Shown here piece by piece: positions 25,247-32,000 of a DNA stretch of 32,000 bases. The translations under genes and the position numbers were made by a program. The notes below the pieces were generated by a model, which was given only the letters and a program-made list of their open reading frames with translations, was not told the origin of the DNA and made no database searches. The number at the start of each line of letters is the position of its first letter. Position 1 is the first letter of the stretch. The stretch is from Nostoc sp. PCC 7120 = FACHB-418 (GTDB lineage: Bacteria; Cyanobacteriota; Cyanobacteriia; Cyanobacteriales; Nostocaceae): assembly GCF_000009705.1 (NCBI RefSeq), contig NC_003272.1, forward strand, positions 4,620,001 to 4,652,000, read 5' to 3'.

Positions 25247-27871
25247 TCACATACCAAGTAAGTCATTTAGGCTAACATTAGGCAAATCAGGAGGAATTAC
25301 AGTTTTTACTATTGTGACCTTGTGACTTTCCTGCTGGGTAGCTGTATTGAGAGCGATCGCCTCTATCCGAATCTCCATGCAGCCAAAGGGAATATTGAGT
25401 TGAGTCATCGCTTCCAGGTTACCTGAGGAGTTCTGTAACAACTCTTTTAGTAGGTGGGGCCCATCCAACAACCAGCGAGTTTGACAGTCTTCCACCCACA
25501 ATTTGACTACAACTTGTGGGGATACTTGTGGCAATTCTACTCGTATCCTCACTAAAGTACCAGCAATCAGTTCCCCATCTGGTACATACAGTTGGGGAAT
25601 CGGTAAGGGTTCCAGAATTTCCTGGGGAGCGTCAATTGTATTTGCGATCGCCTGCTGCTCGGTTTTTGGTAATTGATTATTGTTTGTCTCCAATTCCGGC
25701 TCATTGTCGCTGTCATCTACGACAAATTCTTGAGCTAACCAACTTGATGCTGTGTAAGTGGGTTCTGTCGAAGGTAATTCGAGTTGTAACACCGATGATT
25801 CTGGAGAGATGTCTTCTATCCCCACAGACATCTGTTTTTCTGTTTCCTCTGGAGTGATTAAATCTGTCTCCACTGCCTCTGCTTGCACATCTAAGAGAGA
25901 TGACAAGCTATCGTCAAACTCTAGAGTTGCAGGACTCAGGGGAATGATAGCAGGTTCTTCTGGCGCGGGCTGCTCCTGTGGAAAATCACTTGTATTTGTG
26001 ACAAATTCAGGTAAGGAGTATCCTTGACGCTCCATCCACTTGCGAATTAAAGGCGATGAATAGGGAAGTGATGGAGAAATTGATATTGCTGATACATTTT
26101 CATCAATTAACTCTGTTATAGGCTCTGCTGCTAATTCTGTTGCCGATGTGTTAGTTTCTAGAGTCTCAATGACTTCTGCCATTGGTTGAGACTCTAGCTC
26201 TGCCACAACTTCATCATGAACCTCTATATCACTCAGCACATCTTCTAAATTAGTTTCCGGCTCAGTAATTAAGTTATCAACCTGTGGCAATTCCTGTACA
26301 ACGGATTCGATTAATTCGTCAGCAATTTGGCTTGTTTTCACTTCGCTACTACTAGGCTCGCTTGGTAAGCGCTTTAAGTAAGGTAAAGTACTGCCCAGAA
26401 TCCGTGAGCGACGTGCTTTGATGAGCAACTGATCCAAGTTGATGGGAGCGGGAGCTTGGGGGACAGTTGTATCATTCTGTTCCAAGAGAGGAAGTTCTAA
26501 GGTCAGTTCTGTCACTAAATCAGCTGGAGCGATGCCATCAGTGGGATTATCGGGTAATTTTGGTAATTGTGGGAAACGGAAATCGGCTGATTTATTTAAC
26601 GATTGTGAATCAATTTGCCCCGGTAAAGGCGTGTTTATAGATGGAATAGTTGGCTGTAATTTTCTTGGAGATGAGGTTTTAACTAGGTTAAACAGTTCCA
26701 AATCCAAACTTATAGGGGCTTCAGCCGTGGATATTCCTAAAATTGTGCCATTTTGCTCATCTACTGGGCTAGCCTTGACTGCATTTTTAACCGCCAGCAA
26801 ATCAGCCACATCTGCCGTAATTGTGAAAGAGTGACTAGCCAGTAAGGTCACTGCTTCAGGATTAGCTTTAGCCTCTGCCACGGCGTAGCCCATCACCCCA
26901 TATAATTTGATATCTGCCAAAATTAGCTTAGATTCACAGTCAGCAGGAATATCTATCACCGAACGGATAGTTATAGGTAATGATTTTTCTCCTAGAGATT
27001 GACGTAATTGAGTTAATATTCCTGAGCTTAGAGGCGATCGCAACTCAATGCGGAGTTCCAAAGCACGGAGGTTTTCTGTACTGACCGTCTTATCTGCCTG
27101 TTCTAGATTTTTTTGTAACTCTACATTCCCATGAATAGTTAACAAATGTCCCCATCGAGTAATGTATGTTTCTCGATCCAGCGTCAGCAATAGGGGTAGG
27201 GATGGTTCCGAGGTTGGCGAATCTTCAACTTTTGCGTCTTCTAATAAAAGTTCAGAAGTGGGTAATGCTAAGTCAATTAAATTTTGTAAAATTTGCTCTG
27301 CCGTTTCGCCTTTAACCCAAACTGGATTTACAGGCTCATCAATTACTGTACCTTCTTGGTCTAGGGAAAAACCGGTACTGAGAAAGTAACTCTCATTAGT
27401 AATTGTTAGTTCTGTTCCAGAATTTGATGTCAAATTTCCATCAGATAGGGAGTCTGGCTGATGAAATGAATCGATTTCTAAGGTATTTTCTATCTCTAGT
27501 TCCTGTTCTACCTCATCTGCTGCCTGAGAATTTACTTGCAGATGAACACCATATTGCCAAGATTTACCAAGAATATCTGATATCAAGTCGCCAGAGCAGC
27601 GCAATTCCCAAATACCCGGTTTGAGGTATGTGAAAGGAATTACCGCCATTAAGCCTTCGGAATTGGTGCGGCGCAGTCGTTTTTGAATCCGCCGCTTTGG
27701 CGGCACTTCCTGGGGCGAGAAGTAAGTTACGCGCACTTCCACATCTTGATTGGGAAGGCTAGAACGAGCTAAAACTCTATACCGACCCTCTACGATTTCT
27801 GTGTTTGGCGATTCCAAGGCGTGCCAAGAGCGATCGCCTTGCTTCTGAATCAGAAATTGCCAGTGTTCCAT
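25247..27871 (-). CDS. Large hypothetical protein (874 aa): globular-looking N- and C-terminal domains separated by a ~600-aa acidic, low-complexity region
   Basis: Uninterrupted 2.6-kb ORF with an ATG start. N-terminus MEHWQFLIQKQGDRSWHALESP...GIWELRCSGD.... The middle is rich in E/D/P/S/T/L. No catalytic motif recognised. Confidence 0.8.
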   Translation of the reverse strand: MEHWQFLIQKQGDRSWHALESPNTEIVEGRYRVLARSSLPNQDVEVRVTYFSPQEVPPKRRIQKRLRRTNSEGLMAVIPFTYLKPGIWELRCSGDLISDILGKSWQYGVHLQVNSQAADEVEQELEIENTLEIDSFHQPDSLSDGNLTSNSGTELTITNESYFLSTGFSLDQEGTVIDEPVNPVWVKGETAEQILQNLIDLALPTSELLLEDAKVEDSPTSEPSLPLLLTLDRETYITRWGHLLTIHGNVELQKNLEQADKTVSTENLRALELRIELRSPLSSGILTQLRQSLGEKSLPITIRSVIDIPADCESKLILADIKLYGVMGYAVAEAKANPEAVTLLASHSFTITADVADLLAVKNAVKASPVDEQNGTILGISTAEAPISLDLELFNLVKTSSPRKLQPTIPSINTPLPGQIDSQSLNKSADFRFPQLPKLPDNPTDGIAPADLVTELTLELPLLEQNDTTVPQAPAPINLDQLLIKARRSRILGSTLPYLKRLPSEPSSSEVKTSQIADELIESVVQELPQVDNLITEPETNLEDVLSDIEVHDEVVAELESQPMAEVIETLETNTSATELAAEPITELIDENVSAISISPSLPYSSPLIRKWMERQGYSLPEFVTNTSDFPQEQPAPEEPAIIPLSPATLEFDDSLSSLLDVQAEAVETDLITPEETEKQMSVGIEDISPESSVLQLELPSTEPTYTASSWLAQEFVVDDSDNEPELETNNNQLPKTEQQAIANTIDAPQEILEPLPIPQLYVPDGELIAGTLVRIRVELPQVSPQVVVKLWVEDCQTRWLLDGPHLLKELLQNSSGNLEAMTQLNIPFGCMEIRIEAIALNTATQQESHKVTIVKTVIPPDLPNVSLNDLLGM

Positions 27872-28197
27872 TGTGAGTGATGCCCAGACTGAAGAGCAGC
27901 TGAGTAGTAGTTTGCGTTATTTTTCTTGCAAGTTTACCTCAGCAATCTGTAATTTCATGAATGTAATATAATGTTTCGATTCAAAAACTGTAAAGAACTC
28001 CGGCTAAATAATAATTTTATTTAAGAGTGTGATTCTTAAATATCAAGTTCTAAAGCTGATACTTACTTGACCTTGCTGCACCTTACCCAGTCGAGTGAGG
28101 CAGATGTCATCCGTGTCCGCGTCTTATCGTGTTGATAAGCACAGCTATTTCTGTACCTATTGCCCACAACCAAAACCGTTTTTCATCAAAATTAAAG

Positions 28198-28233
28198 CCC
28201 CCAACAGTTACTAGAAAAGAGAACTACCGGGGG
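28198..28233 (-). terminator. Candidate strand-specific hairpin/terminator downstream of the 82-aa gene
   Basis: The minus-strand RNA cccccgguaguu-[12 nt]-aacuguuggggg forms 12 bp including 3 G-U pairs; these are C-A mismatches on plus. A T-rich cuuuaauuuug follows, so the U-tract is imperfect. Confidence 0.4.
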
Positions 28234-28354
28234 AAACAGAATATGACAAATCTCTTCCACAAAGATCATCAAAGCCTTTTCATTACCAACGAAACTTTGA
28301 TTAGACATCAAAGATGAAAAATCCAGTGTTGTAACTATGGCTCATAGAGCCAAG

Positions 28355-28603
28355 TCAAAAAACGCCATAACGATTTTTATAGTATGTCAAAATTTGCTGT
28401 ACCCGTTGCCGACTCTCAGCATTAGTGTTTGCGTTCCAAGCAATACACAAGCCCTCAATTTGACTTTGATAATAATCAAACTGTTGGGATGATTGGGGAA
28501 TTAAACTGACTTCTACCCCTTCGACTTGACGTAGATGAGCTGCTATCTCTCGATAGACAGCCAAGGGTAAACCCGCAAATTCGACTTTCTCTTTAGTCTC
28601 CAT
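28355..28603 (-). CDS. Small hypothetical protein (82 aa)
   Basis: The ATG lies 2 nt after the stop of the upstream lipoprotein gene (28606), suggesting tight coupling. No motif recognised. Confidence 0.6.
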   Translation of the reverse strand: METKEKVEFAGLPLAVYREIAAHLRQVEGVEVSLIPQSSQQFDYYQSQIEGLCIAWNANTNAESRQRVQQILTYYKNRYGVF

Positions 28604-28605
28604 CT

Positions 28606-29451
28606 TTATGAGGCTCCAACAGCAGGAAGATTAGTAGTAGGTGTTACAACTGAAACCGGACTACCAGTAGGGCTTGTGCTTCCTGGTATAGTTCCAACAG
28701 GCGCTTCACCCACCATTCTGGCAACTTCAATACCATATTGTTCCAGAATAACAATCGGATTGGAACCTGCATTCATTTCAATTCGTTTCACCAACAGACC
28801 ATTTGCTAGTCTTTGTCCTGCTTGCACATAACGACTAGCGATTTCGTTAGGTATTTTAATTATGGCTTGGGGTTCTCTACCCACTATCACTACACCAGTA
28901 ACCACAACTGCTTTAGCTAAATCAGGTTGTGCCGGTGGTGGTAATACTGAAACTAAAGTCGGATTGGGTACGACTTGAGGTAAAACTTTAGGCAAAACCG
29001 GCATTAAACTGGGGCGTGATTTTGCTATCAGTGTTTTCTTGTTTGTAGTCGAATTTGCATTGTTTTTCACATTTACCCTTTTTGGCGTAGTACCAGGGGG
29101 TAGAGGTGGTAAAGAGGGGACTGTTTTAACAGGTGTATTTGCTGGCATTTCGGCAATTGGCTGTCCGATAATTTGAGCAAAGGGGTCAATCCGTCCTTTA
29201 GAAACTAAATTTGCCCGTTCAGTACCATTGGTCAATTGAATTAAATTAGGAGTCCCAGAGGCAACCTTTACAGACGCATTAGGAGACACCACCGGATTAT
29301 TAAAGGATTCAGCCTTAACTGGCGCTTTCGCTACAGGCGCAGCAGTTGGGGGGGGACTAGGATTAGCAATTGGTGGTGTATCTTCCGAGGCACATCCGGC
29401 GATCGCCACGGTTACAATACTTGCAAGTAAAATTTTAGATTTTCTGCCCAT
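28606..29451 (-). CDS. Lipoprotein with a Pro-rich linker and a C-terminal beta-rich domain (PilP-like?)
   Basis: Lipobox VAIAGC|A, a Pro/Ala/Val-rich spacer, an RIDPF motif, and a C-terminal ...VVVTGVVIVGREPQAIIKIP...VQAGQRL.NGLLVKRIE...VILEQYG. Confidence 0.75.
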   Translation of the reverse strand: MGRKSKILLASIVTVAIAGCASEDTPPIANPSPPPTAAPVAKAPVKAESFNNPVVSPNASVKVASGTPNLIQLTNGTERANLVSKGRIDPFAQIIGQPIAEMPANTPVKTVPSLPPLPPGTTPKRVNVKNNANSTTNKKTLIAKSRPSLMPVLPKVLPQVVPNPTLVSVLPPPAQPDLAKAVVVTGVVIVGREPQAIIKIPNEIASRYVQAGQRLANGLLVKRIEMNAGSNPIVILEQYGIEVARMVGEAPVGTIPGSTSPTGSPVSVVTPTTNLPAVGAS

Positions 29452-29485
29452 TAGCCGTTCTCAAACGCTATAGGAAACTGTTATT

Positions 29486-29523
29486 GATAAAAGGCAAAAA
29501 TGCCTGTTTGTATTTCAGGCATT
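29486..29523 (-). terminator. Intrinsic terminator after sigF
   Basis: The minus strand reads aatgcctg-aaatacaa-caggcatt, a perfect 8-bp stem (29499-29523), followed by tttgcctttt. It lies about 95 nt after the sigF stop. Confidence 0.65.
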
Positions 29524-29617
29524 GTTGTCGTTTCCTTTATAACCTAATTTTTTGGGATTTAAAGAGTTGTTTTTGGCACCAAGCATTCAGAATAAATGCT
29601 GATGACTTAATGGAACT

Positions 29618-30394
29618 TTAATCATCTGCCACACACATCAGATGCTTTAACAAGTCCAACCCTTTTTTTACTCTCCTGGAAACTGTGACGACGCTGATTC
29701 CTAAGTGTTCTGCCACCTGTTTCTGCGTTAAGTCTTGTAAAAACACACACTCTAAAACTTCACGAGTGCGTTGTTCTAACTGAAACAATGCTTGTTGTAA
29801 GCGAATTTGGTCTTCTTGTGCCAACTGAAAACTGCGGTAATGATGATCAGGAACCAATTCTCCCAGGCTAGTGGCTCCTTCTTCACCATCTTGCACGGGT
29901 ACATCTAAACTCAAAGGAGCGCGGTTTACCCACGCTAATTTGATTTCCTGCCATTCATCTGGGGAAATTTCCAGTGCTGTTGCTAATTCTGAGTCAGTTG
30001 GTTGGCGGTTGTATTGTTCCCGCAAAGAACGCGAAACTCCGATTGCTCGCTGTTGTATCGCCAAGTAGCGACGAGGAATTCTTACTGTTACACCTTTATC
30101 GCGGAGGTAGTGTTGAATTTCGCCACGGATATAAGGTATGGCAAAGGAGCTAAAAGCATGGCCTTTGGCAATTTCAAATCTTTCAATCGCTCTGATTAAA
30201 CCTAAACAACCAACTTGAACCAAATCATCATAGTTTTCCCGGCATTGATTCATCCAGTAGTGAGCTTCTTTCCTCACTAATCCAAGATTCAGTTTTACTA
30301 GTTGATTACGAACAGTTTCTGATCGAGATTGCTGATATTCTCGTAACAACTGCCAAATTTCATACTTCAATTCGTTGGTAGCTGTTGTAGGCAT
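29618..30394 (-). CDS. sigF: Group 3 (SigF-type) RNA polymerase sigma factor
   Basis: Region 2 (DLVQVGCLGLIRAIERFE...FSSFAIPYIRGEIQHYLRD) and region 4 HTH (LTQKQVAEHLGISVVTVSRR). The size and sequence fit cyanobacterial SigF, and the gene sits next to psbO as I recall for Nostoc genomes. Confidence 0.8.
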   Translation of the reverse strand: MPTTATNELKYEIWQLLREYQQSRSETVRNQLVKLNLGLVRKEAHYWMNQCRENYDDLVQVGCLGLIRAIERFEIAKGHAFSSFAIPYIRGEIQHYLRDKGVTVRIPRRYLAIQQRAIGVSRSLREQYNRQPTDSELATALEISPDEWQEIKLAWVNRAPLSLDVPVQDGEEGATSLGELVPDHHYRSFQLAQEDQIRLQQALFQLEQRTREVLECVFLQDLTQKQVAEHLGISVVTVSRRVKKGLDLLKHLMCVADD

Positions 30395-30648
30395 AGCACC
30401 GCATTTATTAAGTAAATAATTATTTGAGTAATCGCTTTTAAAGAATGCTGCGATTAAGCACTATCAACGCAAATGTCAAATTATTTGCTCTGTGAAAATT
30501 TTGATTGATTCACATTTGGTGTTATCAAAATGCCAAGAGTCCGAAAATCAAACAGAATTTAAACTAATAAGAATTGCATCGTGGTTTTATTTTTTTTTGT
30601 ATTTTTTGGAGCTTTATCAGAGCTACATACAGACAAAATATAGAATTT

Positions 30649-30680
30649 TTAGGTAAAATTGAAACCGAAATTTTACCTAA
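30649..30680. promoter_or_regulatory. Perfect 12-bp inverted repeat (TTAGGTAAAATT-N8-AATTTTACCTAA) in the AT-rich region upstream of sigF
   Basis: Direct reading. The arms are at 30649-30660 and 30669-30680. Function unknown (protein-binding site or RNA hairpin). Confidence 0.35.
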
Positions 30681-31044
30681 CTTTCTTAATAAGTATTAAG
30701 GCTGAATTTTTAATATATTTTGAGTAACACAAAGACCAAAACCTCCAGTATATTTACGGCTATTTTCTTGGAGCTTTATGTAAACTTTAGGATAAGTAAT
30801 TAAGGAATTGTAAATTGAGCTATTTAATAAAGATTTTGGTAAAAAAATTGGGTGTAATCAGTGCAACACTTAAAAAAGTAATTAATACTGAAATAAAATT
30901 AAGAAAGTTTATTATTTTTTATAAAAAACTCATTGCAGACAACCTGGGTACGTAAGTCCTAATAACATTAGACCTCTTGCATGAATCTGATAGCTTCTCA
31001 GGCTGGAAGTCTGGCTGGATCTCAGCGATGTTGACCAACCCAAT

Positions 31045-31068
31045 AAAAAAAGGGCTAGAAGCCCCTTT
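31045..31068 (-). terminator. Intrinsic terminator downstream of psbO
   Basis: The minus strand reads aaaggggc-ttcta-gcccttttttt. It pairs better on the minus than on the plus strand. It lies about 250 nt after the psbO stop. Confidence 0.65.
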
Positions 31069-31314
31069 CTGTGATTTTTTTTGAGAGTATTAACAGCTTT
31101 TTACCACTGATTGAACTGCATTTTTCCCAACTCCCTGTCCTCACGGGATTTTATCAACCCGAAAATTGCGTTAGTTAAGCGAGTAGTCAAACCATGCACC
31201 TCAGGAAAATTAGGGGGTATGGGTTAACGTTCAATCAGAAATTTGATAATAGGCAAAGAATGGTTCCAGTGCCAGACAGCTTTGGCAATCAAGAAAATTT
31301 AGGCACGTTTGGGT

Positions 31315-32000
31315 TTATTCAACACGAGCGTAAAATATACCCCGAATCTTCACTTCCTTGGGTTCATCAGCGCCTAAATCAGTATCTGAAGGCTGTTCGC
31401 TCTCAAAAGTACCAGCAATTTCACCACTAGAGCTATCAACTTTAGCTATTTGTAGAGAAATTTTGCCGTTGAGAATTTCCGCACGCTTAACGTTAGTACG
31501 AGTAAGGTCTTCATCATCGGCTTGGGCTGGAAGAGCAACGGCATTATCATAGCCACTAACAACACCCCGACCTTTAGGATCTAAGAATGCAGCACCACGA
31601 TAGGAAGGTACTTTGAATGTACCTTCAAAGTCTGTGGAAGTATTCAGACTGCTTAAGCCAGGTTGTGTTTGTGCAACTAAATTTTTAATGGTGAACAGGA
31701 AGGGTACTCGCTCACCACCAGGTAATTGCACAGTAATGGCTTGGAAGTCAAGACCATCTTTTTCCACAAAGGTCAAGCTGCTATCATCGTTGAACTTAAG
31801 ATCACCCGATACCTGATCAATGGTGGAAGTGTATCTAGTTAACAATTTTCCAGCCACAAATTCTGCTGTTTGGCGTTTATTAGCAGGTTCTTCTTTGACG
31901 AAGAAATTGGTTGGTTCCAAGCAAAGTTCTTTGAGGACATAGGACTTACTGGAATCCAAGGGAATGGAGCCACGGCTGGTTTCTGTCAGTTGGGGACATT
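31315..32000 (-). CDS. psbO: Photosystem II manganese-stabilising protein PsbO (C-terminal ~228 codons; N-terminus beyond the right edge)
   Basis: ...VPFLFTIKNLVA...FKVPSYRGAAFLDPKGRG...GEIAGTFESEQPSDTDLGA...KIRGIFYARVE* is canonical PsbO. The frame stays open from 31959 to 32000 (...CPQLTETSRGSIPLDSS), so the track's TTG start is an artefact. Confidence 0.95.
   Translation of the reverse strand, partial: CPQLTETSRGSIPLDSSKSYVLKELCLEPTNFFVKEEPANKRQTAEFVAGKLLTRYTSTIDQVSGDLKFNDDSSLTFVEKDGLDFQAITVQLPGGERVPFLFTIKNLVAQTQPGLSSLNTSTDFEGTFKVPSYRGAAFLDPKGRGVVSGYDNAVALPAQADDEDLTRTNVKRAEILNGKISLQIAKVDSSSGEIAGTFESEQPSDTDLGADEPKEVKIRGIFYARVE

Noticed and set aside
25516-27624. Several plus-strand ORFs (73-131 aa) inside the 874-aa gene
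   Set aside because: They are antisense shadows of a long uninterrupted ORF, and none has a motif or plausible start context.
28129-28317. 62-aa plus-strand ORF in the spacer between the 874-aa gene and the 82-aa gene
   Set aside because: It has an alternative start codon, no SD and no recognisable motif. It overlaps a hairpin that pairs properly only on the minus strand. It is probably non-coding.
30649-30680. SigF-dependent (autoregulated) promoter call based on GGTAA in the palindrome
   Set aside because: No TAGGC-like -32 element lies at the right distance on the sigF strand. The element is about 280 nt from the start codon, and GGTAA alone is too short to be meaningful.
31194-31816. 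Plus-strand ORFs (64-78 aa) at and inside the psbO locus
   Set aside because: They are antisense to, or overlap, the unmistakable psbO frame, and I see no independent support.
1-32000. tRNA, rRNA, transposase, integrase, prophage or toxin-antitoxin pairs
   Set aside because: No cloverleaf-like sequences appear in the intergenic regions I read. No DDE, tyrosine- or serine-recombinase or phage structural motifs appear in any ORF. Nothing can be supported.

Overview
This window looks like a chromosomal segment of a filamentous, Nostoc/Anabaena-type cyanobacterium. The assignment rests on gene content, many HIP1 octamers (GCGATCGC) and STRR-like 7-8 nt tandem repeats in intergenic regions. Most of it is core genome: rpaB, radA, the rimP-nusA-ylxR-infB operon, an SDR glucose-1-dehydrogenase-like gene, ndhC-ndhK-ndhJ, rubA-ycf48-psbEFLJ, psaI, sigF and psbO (cut by the right edge). 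Four small photosystem genes missing from the ORF track (psbF, psbL, psbJ, psaI) were found by hand translation, as was a partial CDS at the left edge. Several ORF-track starts look over-extended: rpaB, the Uma2 gene, rimP, nusA, rubA and the DUF1400 gene. Accessory content is a Uma2 nuclease gene and a roughly 4.5 kb block (15944-20419) between the SDR gene and the ndhCKJ terminator. That block holds a 438-aa P-loop NTPase overlapping by 11 nt a 710-aa protein with ten near-identical 42-aa TPRs, then three 63-bp tandem repeats, then an Rpn/DUF2887-type PD-(D/E)XK nuclease. I read the NTPase+TPR pair as a split STAND/NLR-like module with no recognisable effector. It is my best candidate for an undescribed system, but this rests on motif reading only. 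Secondary observations are a promoter-hairpin-terminator leader abutting rimP, a voltage-sensor-like membrane protein, a PilP-like lipoprotein next to sigF, and a 650-bp AT-rich region with a perfect 12-bp palindrome upstream of sigF. I found no rRNA, tRNA, CRISPR array, transposase, integrase or prophage genes. All family names come from recognising motifs by eye; no database search was run.
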